A stretch of DNA of 64,000 nt, from the NCBI GenBank assembly GCA_963577065.1, contig CAUYXJ010000002.1, positions 257-64,256 of the forward strand. The letters are read 5' to 3'. Under the pieces are notes generated by a model that did not search any database, was not told where the DNA came from, and was given only the letters and a program-made list of their open reading frames with translations. The position numbers were made by a program, and so were the translations under genes. Position 1 is the stretch's first letter; each line of letters opens with the position of its first letter. Below, piece by piece: positions 8,227-17,582 of this stretch. The stretch comes from Dehalococcoidia bacterium. Its GTDB lineage: Bacteria; Chloroflexota; Dehalococcoidia; Tepidiformales; Tepidiformaceae.

Positions 8227-10431
8227 GTGACGGCTGCCGAACCCCCGCCCGCCGCCGTCGACGCGCTCAATCCCGCTCAGCTCGCCGCGGCGGAGCACGC
8301 CAAGGGCGCGCAGCTCATCCTCGCGGGGCCCGGTAGCGGCAAGACGCGCGTCATCACCCATCGCATCGCCTGGCTCGTGCGCGAACAGGGGGTCGCCCCC
8401 TGGCGCATCCTCGCCGTGACCTTCACGAACAAGGCCGCACGCGAGATGCGCGAGCGTGCGCAAGCGCTCCTGGGCGAAGACGCGGCCAAGCTCCATCTCG
8501 GCACCTTCCACTCGATGTGCGCCCGCTGGCTTCGGATCCACGGCGAGGAGATCGGCCTCTCCCCCAACTACGTCATCTACGACGACGGCGACCAGACGGC
8601 GCTGATGAAGCGCATCCTCGAACAGCTGCGCGTCGATATCCGCCGCTTCTCGCCCCGCGCCGTGCTCTCCGCCATCTCCGCCGGGAAGAGCGAGATGCGG
8701 GGCGAGGACTACTTCGAGCGGCACGCCGAGAGCTACTTCGACGAGATCGTCGCGCGCGCCTTCGAGCGCTATCAGAGCGCCCTGAAGGCCGCCTCTGCCC
8801 TCGATTTCGACGACCTCCTCAGCGAAACCGTGCGTCTCTTCCGCGAGTCCGAGGAGGCGCTCGAGCGCCGCGCGGGCCAGTACCTGCACGTGCTCGTCGA
8901 CGAGTTCCAGGACACGAACCCGGCGCAATTCGCGCTCGCACGTCAGCTCGCCTCGGTGCACGGCAACATCTGTGTCGTCGGTGACCCTGACCAAAGCATC
9001 TATTCGTGGCGCGCCGCCGACGCGCGCAACACCCAGTACTTCCTGCGCGACTTCCCTCAGGCCGCGACCTACCTGCTGGAGCAGAACTACCGCTCGACGC
9101 AGCCGATCCTCGACGCCGCCGATGCCGTGATCGCCAACAACAGCGGCCATGTCGAGCGCCGGCTCTGGACCGATCGCGCGGACGGCGATCCCCTCACGAG
9201 CTACGAGGCCTACAACGACGAAGAGGAGGGCGAGTTCGTGGCCCGTGAGGTCGAACGCCTTTCGGTGCCCGGGCGCTCCCTCGGCGAGCTCGCCGTGCTC
9301 TACCGCACGAATGCGCAGTCGCGCCCGATTGAGGACGCGCTCGTGCGGCATCGCATTCCCTACCGCCTGATCGGCGGGGTGCGCTTCTATCAGCGCCGCG
9401 AGATCAAGGACCTCGTGGCCTACCTGCGTCTGGTCCAGAACCGCCTCGATGAGGCGAGCCTTCTGCGCATCATCAACGTCCCCACGCGTGGTATCGGCGA
9501 CGTCACCATCTCGCGGCTGGCGGAGTACGCGGGCGCGACGGGGCTCGCGATCTGGGACGCCTGCGAAGCCGCCGCGCGCGGCGAGCCGGTCCCGGGCATC
9601 GCTGCGCGTGCGGCCACCGCCCTGCGCCGTTTCGTCGACGCGATCGAGGCGATCCGGCTCGAGCGCGACCGGCCGCTCGCCGAGCTCCTCGACCACGTCC
9701 TCCTCGAGAGCGGCTACGTCGACTACCTCCGCGACAAGGAGGAGGGCGCCGAGGAGCGCATGGAGAACATCCTCCAGCTGCGCTCGGTCATGGCCCAGTA
9801 CGAAGACACCATCGGCGAGGAAGGGGGCGATCTCGCCAGCTTCCTCCAGGACGTCGCCCTCGTCGCCGACGTGGACGAGCTCGAGGGTGGCGTCGAAGCG
9901 GTCACGCTGATCACGCTGCACGCGGCCAAGGGCCTCGAGTTCCCGGTCGTCTTCATGGTCGGAATGGAGGAGGGCGTCCTCCCCCACATCCGCTCCTTCG
10001 ACGACCCCCGCCAGATGGAGGAGGAGCGCCGCCTGGCCTACGTCGGCATCACGCGCGCGAAGGACGCCGTCTACCTGACACGCGCCTTCCGCCGCTACCT
10101 CGGCGGTCAGCCCCTCACCAACCCCGCCTCCCGCTTCCTCAGCGAGATCCCCGCGCACCTCCTTGTGCCCTACCGCAGCGGCGGACCGAAGACCTTCCGC
10201 GAATCCGTCGAGACTGCTCCCACAGCCCCCAGCACCACACCCACGTCGGCGGAGGTCGCCGCCGGCGAACCGCAGTGGGATGCCGGCGACCACGTCGCCC
10301 ACCCCAAGTTCGGCGAGGGTGTCGTCGTGAGCTGCCAGGAGCGCCGTGGCGACGTCGAGGTCGTCGTCGCCTTCGAGGGCGCGGGCGTCAAGCGCCTGCT
10401 GCAGTCGATGGCGCCGCTGGAGCCGGCGTAG
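8227..10431 (+). CDS. pcrA: ATP-dependent DNA helicase PcrA/UvrD
   Basis: 734 aa with the full SF1 motif set (AGPGSGKTRV, VTFTNKAA, VDEFQDTN, YRS, LITLHAAKGLEFPVVF, RRLAYVGITRAK). Confidence 0.95.
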   Translation: MTAAEPPPAAVDALNPAQLAAAEHAKGAQLILAGPGSGKTRVITHRIAWLVREQGVAPWRILAVTFTNKAAREMRERAQALLGEDAAKLHLGTFHSMCARWLRIHGEEIGLSPNYVIYDDGDQTALMKRILEQLRVDIRRFSPRAVLSAISAGKSEMRGEDYFERHAESYFDEIVARAFERYQSALKAASALDFDDLLSETVRLFRESEEALERRAGQYLHVLVDEFQDTNPAQFALARQLASVHGNICVVGDPDQSIYSWRAADARNTQYFLRDFPQAATYLLEQNYRSTQPILDAADAVIANNSGHVERRLWTDRADGDPLTSYEAYNDEEEGEFVAREVERLSVPGRSLGELAVLYRTNAQSRPIEDALVRHRIPYRLIGGVRFYQRREIKDLVAYLRLVQNRLDEASLLRIINVPTRGIGDVTISRLAEYAGATGLAIWDACEAAARGEPVPGIAARAATALRRFVDAIEAIRLERDRPLAELLDHVLLESGYVDYLRDKEEGAEERMENILQLRSVMAQYEDTIGEEGGDLASFLQDVALVADVDELEGGVEAVTLITLHAAKGLEFPVVFMVGMEEGVLPHIRSFDDPRQMEEERRLAYVGITRAKDAVYLTRAFRRYLGGQPLTNPASRFLSEIPAHLLVPYRSGGPKTFRESVETAPTAPSTTPTSAEVAAGEPQWDAGDHVAHPKFGEGVVVSCQERRGDVEVVVAFEGAGVKRLLQSMAPLEPA

Positions 10432-10477
10432 CTCGCTCGCCCATCGCCGCTGGGCCCAGGGACTATGGTCAGGCGTG

Positions 10478-11713
10478 ATGCGAGCGACGTTTCGGCGATC
10501 GGTGCTGCTGGGGTTCCTCGGAATCGCGCTCGGCGCGCTGGCGGCCTGCGGCGGCAGCAGCGACGAAGCGACCCCAACTCCGGTCGCCACCGAGCCGCCT
10601 ACCTCCACGACCGAGCCGCCCACCTCCACCACCGTTCCGACCCCGATCCCCACGACCACCCCGCGGCCAACGAGCACGCGCGTCCCCACGGCCGTTCCGA
10701 CCGCAACGCAGACGCCGCCTGCGAACCCACCGGTCGGGGAGCTGTTCATCTATGTGTTCGCGGAGAAGCCAGTTGTTCAGCGTGTCGTCCTGTACGACGT
10801 GGGCACCGGCGACCCATGGGCGTCGTTCCGCATCAGGGCTGGCCGTGGCAGTGTTGATGTCCTAATCGCGGGCGCTGAGCTGCTGGTTCGAGTCGGTTCG
10901 ACGATTGACCGCACAACGCTCGACGGGCGGCCGCTCACGCGCCTCTTCGAGGGGAGGGACGGCTACACCGTGCGCGAGCTCAGTCTGGCACCTGGCGGCC
11001 AGATCCTCGCGCTCTCGCTACTGTTCCGCGGGGCTGAGCCGGGTCTGCTGCTTCTGCTCGATTCCGCTACTGGCGACCCGCTCATCGCGCTCGAGGGCGG
11101 GGGCGGTGCTCCCGACGCGCTTACCTCGCAGCCAGGCTCCCATCAGTGGAGTGTCGACGGAACGCTGCTGGCCGTGACCGATGCCTACAGCTCCCACGGC
11201 CAGCTTCCGAAATCGATAGTCAGCCTCGATGGCTCGGTCCGTACGCCGCCCTGGGGCTTTCTGAACCTTTCGCCGGAGTTCCGCAGGGGAGTGGTTCCGA
11301 GCCCCGCGGTGGACGCACCGTGCCTGGCGGCTTGGTCCGGCCTGATGATCAGAGACATCGACACCGAGGCGGCGCTGGCGTCGACCACCGTCGGCGCAGC
11401 GCGCCTTCTCGGTGGAATCACGTGGTCGCCCGACTCGTCGTCGGTGCTCTATACCGATTCGCCCAGGCCTCCGCCCGGCGGGACGTGCGCGGATATCGGC
11501 CGCGGTGACGAGACCCACTACCTTTTGGAGGTGGCCACCGGAGAGGTGATGCCCGCTACCGACATCGAGATGCTCCGCTTGGAGTGGGACTTGACTCCGC
11601 GAGCCCAAATCGTCAACGGAGCCCCTGGGGCCGTGGATAGCGTCATCCTGGATGGTGTCGAGATCGCTCGCGGCGAGAATCCGCGGATCATCGGCTTCGT
11701 CGAGCTGGACTAA
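10478..11713 (+). CDS. lipoprotein with Thr/Pro linker and TolB-like beta-propeller region
   Basis: ATG 10478 gives MRATFRRSVLLGFLGIALGALAACGG (lipobox), then TEPPTSTTEPPTSTT repeats. Later WSPDSSSVLYTD-type propeller signatures. The ORF-track start 10346 overlaps pcrA and is unlikely. Confidence 0.7.
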   Translation: MRATFRRSVLLGFLGIALGALAACGGSSDEATPTPVATEPPTSTTEPPTSTTVPTPIPTTTPRPTSTRVPTAVPTATQTPPANPPVGELFIYVFAEKPVVQRVVLYDVGTGDPWASFRIRAGRGSVDVLIAGAELLVRVGSTIDRTTLDGRPLTRLFEGRDGYTVRELSLAPGGQILALSLLFRGAEPGLLLLLDSATGDPLIALEGGGGAPDALTSQPGSHQWSVDGTLLAVTDAYSSHGQLPKSIVSLDGSVRTPPWGFLNLSPEFRRGVVPSPAVDAPCLAAWSGLMIRDIDTEAALASTTVGAARLLGGITWSPDSSSVLYTDSPRPPPGGTCADIGRGDETHYLLEVATGEVMPATDIEMLRLEWDLTPRAQIVNGAPGAVDSVILDGVEIARGENPRIIGFVELD

Positions 11714-12195
11714 CCCGCGGCAGCCTTGCGTTTCGGGATCATGACCTTGCGGGTGAACGTCAGGACCGTCTCATCGCGCTGGTTGAAACCGCGCGTCTCG
11801 ACCGTGACGATGCCGCGGTCCGGGCGCGACTTCGATTCGACCTTGTCCGTCACCGTCGTCTCCGCGTAGACGGTGTCGCCGTGGAAGGTCGGGGCGACGT
11901 GCTTGAGCGACTCGATCTCGAGGTTCGCGATCGCCTTGCCCGAGATCTCCTTGACCGTCATGCCGAAGACGATCGAGTAGACGAGCGTCCCGACGACGAC
12001 GTTCTGGCCGAACTGGGTCTCCTCCGCCCCAAAACGCGCGTCGATGTGCAGGGGGTGGTGGTTCATCGTCTGCATGCAGTGGAGGATGTCGTCGTACTCC
12101 GTGAGCGTGCGCCCGGGCCAGTGCTTGAAGACATCGCCCACCTCGAACTCCTCGAGGTAGCGCCCGAACGACTCGCGCCCGTCGTGGATGGTCAT
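11710..12195 (-). CDS. MaoC-like (R)-specific enoyl-CoA hydratase/dehydratase
   Basis: 161-aa single hot-dog fold with the MaoC signature NHHPLHIDARFG...GQNVVVGTL. Confidence 0.9.
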   Translation of the reverse strand: MTIHDGRESFGRYLEEFEVGDVFKHWPGRTLTEYDDILHCMQTMNHHPLHIDARFGAEETQFGQNVVVGTLVYSIVFGMTVKEISGKAIANLEIESLKHVAPTFHGDTVYAETTVTDKVESKSRPDRGIVTVETRGFNQRDETVLTFTRKVMIPKRKAAAG

Positions 12196-12225
12196 TGGTG
12201 GCTCCCGTCCTGCGGCCGCTCGCCG

Positions 12226-12246
12226 CTCTTGGCCGTTGGCTCTTGG
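12226..12246. repeat. 3 heptanucleotide units ctcttgg/ccgttgg (reverse complement of the 14897 array)
   Basis: ctcttgg ccgttgg ctcttgg read directly. Lies between the maoC start and the DGQHR-like gene stop. Confidence 0.85.
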
Positions 12247-12333
12247 CGGTTCCGAAAAGTTAGTCGATCGCGTAGTCGCTGCATGGGCATCTGCAGACTC
12301 CTTCTGCCGACCGGCCCGCGGTCGGCGATCTGA

Positions 12334-13551
12334 CTAGATTTGCACGGCCTTCACCGGCTGTGCCGCATGGAGAGCGGCACGCCACTCTCCCTCCAGGATC
12401 TTCCCGAGTCGCTTGTAGCCCGACCCACCCGTCATCGTAGTTGCTTCACCCTTATCTCCTGGATACTCGGCTGCTTCTCCCCGGCCGGGACGAGAGAACC
12501 AGTACAGGTAGTCCGCGACACAGGACCCATCAAGCATCTGCGAGAAATTGGCTTCACGGAAGTTGACCGTACTTCCCGAAATGATGGTTGATAGAACCGC
12601 GCCCAGGGCGGCATGGCACCCGTTCACGCCGATGCTGCCCCAGAGGACGTTTGTGTTGGGTTCTGCGAAGGCCTGAGGGTTACGCGTCCGGACTGCGCGC
12701 CAGAAGTTTTTGAGTATCCGAACGATAAGCGCGGTCGTGTCTGAGAAACCGGTCACGTCACCGTCCGCGATGAGCTTGTTGAGGTGGAGTCCGATGTCTT
12801 GATTCTCAAGAAGCGGCCGTAAGCTTGTGGCGAAGGCCTGTAGCTTGATCGGCTTGGTGATGTTGTCGTTCGGCATCTGGATCCGGCCGTACCAGGGCGA
12901 CGAAGCATCGCCGTTCAGTATGCCGGCGATGCGAGTCGACTCGAACTTCCAGTTCTCGTCCTCGGGTACAACAGTTTTCAGCGTCGCTAGTTCATGGTCG
13001 TTGAGCTCACCTTCGTCGATCCGTCGCTGAACCACGCGCCGGCTTAAATCGGTCCGCACCCGCTTCTGTTTTTCGTTCACCAACAGAAAGAGCGCGATCT
13101 CCTCGGCTGTTGTGAGACCGTCGAAGACGCGGATGTCAAAGAGGACAGAGCCGTCGAGCACGCCAGCTGCGAGTGCCCGCTCGATCCCGCGGAGGCGCGT
13201 GGCACCATCGATAATCGCAAGCCACGGATGGCCTTCCGATTCTACGGTCAGGAACCCGAAGCGCCCTTCCTCGTCGATTTCGCTGACGGTTGCGCTGGCG
13301 CTGTCAGCCTTGGAGCGGATGTTCGCAGTGAGTTCGAACAGTCGGGGCTTCAGTCCAGCTCGGGAGCACCCAGCGAAGTATTCCTCGATGGCTCGTGCCC
13401 GGCTCTCCCTGGTCCGCTCGTTCCGTTGATATCCGTCCCCGGTGCGGTCGTCGTAGAAGTCCACCCATGCCAGCTGCACGAGTGTCTGCGCATCCATAGC
13501 GATCGAGTGACTGCCATCTTGGTTCCTCTTGGCGATGAGTTCGGTCTGCAT
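12334..13551 (-). CDS. DGQHR/DndB-like ParB-fold domain protein (orphan)
   Basis: GDGYQRNERTRESRARAIEEYF and PWLAIIDGATRLRGIERAL resemble the ParB-like/DGQHR core, with DGQHR degenerated to DGATR. ATG 13551 is preceded by GGAGGTG. The locus is visibly A/T-richer than its flanks. Confidence 0.6.
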   Translation of the reverse strand: MQTELIAKRNQDGSHSIAMDAQTLVQLAWVDFYDDRTGDGYQRNERTRESRARAIEEYFAGCSRAGLKPRLFELTANIRSKADSASATVSEIDEEGRFGFLTVESEGHPWLAIIDGATRLRGIERALAAGVLDGSVLFDIRVFDGLTTAEEIALFLLVNEKQKRVRTDLSRRVVQRRIDEGELNDHELATLKTVVPEDENWKFESTRIAGILNGDASSPWYGRIQMPNDNITKPIKLQAFATSLRPLLENQDIGLHLNKLIADGDVTGFSDTTALIVRILKNFWRAVRTRNPQAFAEPNTNVLWGSIGVNGCHAALGAVLSTIISGSTVNFREANFSQMLDGSCVADYLYWFSRPGRGEAAEYPGDKGEATTMTGGSGYKRLGKILEGEWRAALHAAQPVKAVQI

Positions 13552-13636
13552 AGGGCGCACCTCCGGTTCGATTGGCCCGATAGTACTCGACATCCGATCG
13601 CAAATTAAGTATCCAGGTATCTGATCAGTGTTTGGG

Positions 13637-14812
13637 CTATTCGATCGCATACTCACGAAGCAGGTTCCTCGCAATGACCAACTTCTGGATGTCGCTCGTG
13701 CCCTCGGCGATGACCATCACCGGGGCGTCGCGGTAGTAGCGCTCCAGCGGCAGCTCTGTGCTGTAGCCGACACCGCCGTGGAGGCGAAGCGCATCGAGCA
13801 CGACCTCCTGGCAGACCTCCGTGGCGAAGAGCTTGGCCATGCCTGCCTCGAGGTCGCTGCGGCCACCACCGTCCTTGCGCCGGGCGGCGTCGAGGGTGAG
13901 GAGCCGCGCGGCGCGGATCTTCGTCGCCATCTCCGCGAGGCGGATCTGTTGGGCCTGGTGCTGCGCGATGGGCTTGCCGAAGGCGACGCGCCGCTGGGCG
14001 TAGGCGATCGAATCCTCGAAGGCCGCCTGGGCGACGCCTACACCGCGCGCGGCCACATTGATCCGCCCCACTTCGAGCGCGCCCATCACCTGCTGAAAGC
14101 CGCGGCCTTCGTCGCCGCTGAGGAGGTTAGCGGCGGGCACGCGTGCGTTGTCGAAGGCGAGCTCGGTCGTCTCGACGCCCTTGTAGCCGAGCTTGTCCAG
14201 CTTGCGCCCAACGACGAAGCCTTCGGTTTCGGGCTCGACGAGCATTGCGCTGATGCCGCGGTGGGCAGGCTGTGCCTCGGGGTCGGTCTTGGTGAGGACG
14301 AGGTAGACCCCGGCGCGCTGGCCGTTCGTCACCCACATCTTCTGGCCATTGATGACGTAGTCGTCGCCGTCGCGCGTCGCCTGGGTCTTGATCGCTTGCG
14401 CGTCCGATCCTGCGTCCGGCTCGGTGATGCTGAGCGCCGCCCGGATCTCCGGCTGGACCATGCGCGTGAGGAAGCGCTCCTTCTGGTCCTCGGTGCCGTA
14501 CTCGTCGATGGCGTAGCCCACGAGCACGTGCGTGTTGAGCACGCCCGCGAGGCTCATCCAGCCGCGGGCAAGCTCGATGCACACACCGGCATAGCACTCG
14601 AAGCTGAGGTCGAGGCCGCCGTAGGCTTCGGGCACCTTGATCGCGAAGAGACCCATCTCCGCCATGCCCGCGACCAGCGGCTCGGGGTATTCGTCGGCGT
14701 GCTCGTACTCGCTGGCGACGGGCTTGACCTCGCGGTCGACCCAGACGCCCACGTTCGAGACGATCTCCTGCGCGACCGGGTCGAGAATGTCCGCGGCGAA
14801 GTCACGTGCCAT
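13637..14812 (-). CDS. acyl-CoA dehydrogenase
   Basis: 391-aa canonical ACAD (MARDFAADILDP...; C-terminal YYRDAPVMVIAEGTSDIQKLVIARNLL). Confidence 0.95.
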   Translation of the reverse strand: MARDFAADILDPVAQEIVSNVGVWVDREVKPVASEYEHADEYPEPLVAGMAEMGLFAIKVPEAYGGLDLSFECYAGVCIELARGWMSLAGVLNTHVLVGYAIDEYGTEDQKERFLTRMVQPEIRAALSITEPDAGSDAQAIKTQATRDGDDYVINGQKMWVTNGQRAGVYLVLTKTDPEAQPAHRGISAMLVEPETEGFVVGRKLDKLGYKGVETTELAFDNARVPAANLLSGDEGRGFQQVMGALEVGRINVAARGVGVAQAAFEDSIAYAQRRVAFGKPIAQHQAQQIRLAEMATKIRAARLLTLDAARRKDGGGRSDLEAGMAKLFATEVCQEVVLDALRLHGGVGYSTELPLERYYRDAPVMVIAEGTSDIQKLVIARNLLREYAIE

Positions 14813-14896
14813 CAGCAGGCCCTTCCTCGCGCCGGATTATGCCGAAACGCTCCCTAAGCCGCTCGCGAAAGGAGTCGGCGTGCTAACTGCACTGAG

Positions 14897-14952
14897 CCAA
14901 GAGCCAAGAGCCAAGAGCCAAGAGCCAACGGCCAAGAGCCAACGGCCAAGAG
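14897..14952. repeat. 8 x 7-bp tandem array (ccaagag x6, ccaacgg x2)
   Basis: ccaagag ccaagag ccaagag ccaagag ccaacgg ccaagag ccaacgg ccaagag. It ends exactly at the ccr stop codon (14953-14955). Confidence 0.95.
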
Positions 14953-16206
14953 CTACTTCGCGCCGGTGCCCTCGGACGTCGCGCCTACGAGAATCGCCAT
15001 GTTGCCGTCCGGGTGGCGGTTCTCGGACATGAGCTGGTGGCACTCGCCCGTCTCCGCAAACGGGAAGACGCGCGAGAGGCAGGGGTTGATCTTGCCCTGG
15101 ACGACGAGGTCGTTGAAGGCGGCGGCCTGCTCGTCGTTGGCGAAGTGCGAGCCCTGGAAGCGCTTCTGCCGCATCCAGAGGTAGCGCAGGTCGACATCGG
15201 CGTTGTAGCCGGTCGTGCCTGCGCAGATCACGACCATGCCGCCGGTATCGCAAACGAACATGGAGGTCGGGATCGTGTCTTCGCCGGGGTGCTCGAACAC
15301 GAGCCGCGGGCTCTTGCGCTCGCCGAGCACGTCCCAGATCGCCTTGCCGAAGGCGCGGGCGCCCTTGGCGAACTCGCCCATCCCGGCCTGGTCTTCCCAT
15401 CCCGGCAGGCGGCCCCAGTGGCTGAAGTCCTTACGGTTGATGTACCCCACCGCGCCGAGCTGCTTCGTGAACTCGCCTTTGGCCTCGCTGGAGACGACGG
15501 TGATCGGCTGCCCGCCATGCAGTGCCGCAAGCTGAATCGCCATCGAGCCGAGCCCGCCTGCCCCACCCCAGACGAGCACCGCATCCCCCTCCTCGACCGT
15601 GTGGGGCGGCCAGGCGAAGAGCATGCGGTAGGCGGTCGCGCCGACGAGCGTCGGGGCGGCGGCCTCCTCCCAGGTGAGGTGGGCCGCTTTGGGGAGGCAC
15701 TGGTGGGCTTGGACGCGGGTGAACTGCGCGAACGAACCCCAGTTCGTCTCGTACCCCCAGATGCGGAAGGATGGATCGAACATGGGGTCCTTGCCCGCGA
15801 TGACGGCGGGCGCGTGCACGTCCCAGGAGCCGCAGTGAATGACGACCTCGTCGCCGACTTTGACGTTCGTGACGTTCTCGCCGATCGCGTAGACGACGCC
15901 GGAGGCGTCCGAGCCGCCGATATGGAAGTCCTCCGCTTCGCCCGCTTTCTGGCGGCTCGCGATGACATCGACGGGGCTGCCGAGGGCGGCCCAGACGTTG
16001 TTGTAGTTCACGCCCGCGGCCATCACGTAGACGAGCGCGTCATCGGGACCCACCTCGGGCACGGGGATGACCTCGGGCGCGAAGGCGTCGCGCGGTTCGC
16101 CGAAGCGCGACTGGCGGATCAGCTGTGCGTGCATGAGGGCGGGCAGCTCACCCAGTGGTGGTGCCTCGTCTAGGGGGTAGAGGTCCCGATCGGTCTCGGT
16201 CGTCAT
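14953..16206 (-). CDS. ccr: crotonyl-CoA carboxylase/reductase
   Basis: 417 aa. MDR-family protein with Ccr-typical N-terminus ([19 protein letters not shown]...[16 protein letters not shown]) and C-terminus ([16 protein letters not shown]). Confidence 0.85.
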   Translation of the reverse strand: MTTETDRDLYPLDEAPPLGELPALMHAQLIRQSRFGEPRDAFAPEVIPVPEVGPDDALVYVMAAGVNYNNVWAALGSPVDVIASRQKAGEAEDFHIGGSDASGVVYAIGENVTNVKVGDEVVIHCGSWDVHAPAVIAGKDPMFDPSFRIWGYETNWGSFAQFTRVQAHQCLPKAAHLTWEEAAAPTLVGATAYRMLFAWPPHTVEEGDAVLVWGGAGGLGSMAIQLAALHGGQPITVVSSEAKGEFTKQLGAVGYINRKDFSHWGRLPGWEDQAGMGEFAKGARAFGKAIWDVLGERKSPRLVFEHPGEDTIPTSMFVCDTGGMVVICAGTTGYNADVDLRYLWMRQKRFQGSHFANDEQAAAFNDLVVQGKINPCLSRVFPFAETGECHQLMSENRHPDGNMAILVGATSEGTGAK

Positions 16207-16259
16207 GCCGTCCTCGATGGGGAAGGGTGGCCCTCAATACTACCCGAGCGCTATCGGTC

Positions 16260-16320
16260 AGGTAAACCGCTGCGCCGTTACCTGCTGCGCCGTTACCTAT
16301 AGCCCTAGGCTATAGGTAAC
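16260..16320. promoter_or_regulatory. candidate operator cluster: 2 x 15-bp direct repeat plus 13-bp-arm palindrome sharing GTTACCT
   Basis: gctgcgccgttacct occurs twice (16269-16298). Palindrome gttacctatagcc-cta-ggctataggtaac spans 16292-16320. Lies 55-115 bp upstream of the ccr start. Confidence 0.5.
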
Positions 16321-16419
16321 ACTCCGTCGCCAGGTGTCCGCCTGGCCTCGCTCCCGATTTACGACGAATTTACGGCGGCGTTGCGCGCCCTTCGTGCGGC
16401 CGGCCCATAGTGCGCGTGG

Positions 16420-16493
16420 CTCTCCCCGCCCCACCGCCCGTGGGGCGGGGAGAGCCCGGGGAGTCCGCACCAGGGGCGCGTAGCGGACTCCCC
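16420..16493. other. two adjacent GC-rich stem-loops
   Basis: ctctccccgcccca/tggggcggggagag (14 bp) and ggggagtccgc/gcggactcccc (11 bp), in the 465-bp ccr-nuoA spacer. Confidence 0.7.
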
Positions 16494-16670
16494 GGCGCCC
16501 CCCAGGGGTCGCGTCTAGGACTGCCTTGGCCTGCTGATCGCTCCGGCTCGAAGAGGCCCGTGCGCCGCGGGCTGCGACGGCCGCCTGGGGCGCGGTCCAG
16601 CGGCTCCGAAGGGCCGTCCGTGCTATAGTTCCGCCGGTCTTAGCGACAAATTTCACAAACGGCCTCGAGC

Positions 16671-17045
16671 GTGCTGCACGAATACGGCCACATCGCAATT
16701 CTGGTCATCATCGCGCTCGTCTTTCCGGCCGGCGCGATTTTGCAGTCCTGGGCTTTCCAGTTCATGGGCATTCGCCCAAAAGTCCCTTCGGACCCAGTGA
16801 AGGAAGACACCTATGAGTGCGGCATGGTCACGCGTGGCCCCGCACTCACGCAGTTCAACTTCCGCTTCTACTACATCGCGCTCCTGTTCCTCCTCTTCGA
16901 TGTCGAGATCGTTTTCCTCTTTCCCTGGGCCGTGGTCTTCGAGGATGTCGGGATAGCCGGATTCGCCAAGGTGTCGCTCTTCATCGGCACCTTCGTGATC
17001 GGCGGCCTCTACGCCTGGCGCAAGCGCGCCCTGGAGTGGAGCTGA
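16671..17045 (+). CDS. nuoA: NADH-quinone oxidoreductase subunit A
   Basis: 124 aa, three TM helices, conserved YECG and FDVEIVFLFPWA. Confidence 0.95.
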   Translation: MLHEYGHIAILVIIALVFPAGAILQSWAFQFMGIRPKVPSDPVKEDTYECGMVTRGPALTQFNFRFYYIALLFLLFDVEIVFLFPWAVVFEDVGIAGFAKVSLFIGTFVIGGLYAWRKRALEWS

Positions 17046-17572
17046 TGGCGACGAAGTGGTGGTCCGGCGCGGAGCTCGCGGCGGCGGCGGAGCGACTCGT
17101 TCCCGGTTCGGTTGCGCGGACGAGCGAGACCGCCTGCGCGCTGAAGCCGGAAAGCGCGCTGCAGACGTTCCGCGCCCTCCGCGACGACCCGGAAACGGAC
17201 TTCGTCCACCTCACGAACCTCTGCGCCGCGGACTACTGGGACCACTTCGAAGTCGTCTACCACCTGCAGTCCCTCGAGCGAAACCAGATCGCCTGCGCGA
17301 AGGTCGAAGCTTGGGAGCGCGAGGAGCCGGTGGTTCCCAGCGTCGTCGATATCTGGCAGGGGGCCTGGATCCAGGAGTCCGAAGCCTACGATCTCTTCGG
17401 CATCGGCTTCGAGGGCCACCCCAACCTCACCCGCATCCTCCTCTGGGAGGGCTACCCGGGGCATCCGCTGCGCAAGGACTTCCTGGCGATGCCCGGCGGC
17501 CTCCAGCCCGGCCTGAACGAATTCGCGGGCACCTCCGCGAAGCCCGAGCCCCCGGTGCATCCCGTCCAATGA
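17045..17572 (+). CDS. nuoC: NADH-quinone oxidoreductase subunit C
   Basis: ATG 17045 overlaps the nuoA stop (ATGA). EAYDLFGIGFEGHPNLTRILL...HPLRKDF is the NuoC signature. No nuoB lies between A and C. Confidence 0.9.
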   Translation: MATKWWSGAELAAAAERLVPGSVARTSETACALKPESALQTFRALRDDPETDFVHLTNLCAADYWDHFEVVYHLQSLERNQIACAKVEAWEREEPVVPSVVDIWQGAWIQESEAYDLFGIGFEGHPNLTRILLWEGYPGHPLRKDFLAMPGGLQPGLNEFAGTSAKPEPPVHPVQ

Positions 17573-17582
17573 GCGCGATCCG

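Noticed and set aside
7608-8270. 220-aa minus-strand ORF whose N-terminus encodes four LDSLATR heptads from the 21-bp repeats
   Set aside because: The rest of the translation is Arg/Cys/Pro/Ala-rich off-frame-looking sequence. It overlaps the pcrA start, and all three long ORFs across this tract look equally non-protein-like. I treat the tract as non-coding repeat DNA.
8209-10749. Very long antisense or off-frame ORFs opposite real genes. Examples: 8209..10749(-), 13628..14857(+), 15013..16173(+), 17427..18569(-), 21641..22996(-), 27669..28613(-), 28883..29992(-), 39385..41772(+), 50333..52231(-), 61493..62803(-).
   Set aside because: These are shadow ORFs typical of high-GC DNA. Their translations are Arg/Gly/Ala/Asp-rich with no family signatures, while the opposite strand or frame has unmistakable homologues.
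8130-14952. Tandem repeat arrays (21-bp x4, 7-bp x8) as possible CRISPR arrays
   Set aside because: The units are directly adjacent with no spacers, and they are far shorter than CRISPR repeats. No cas genes are present.
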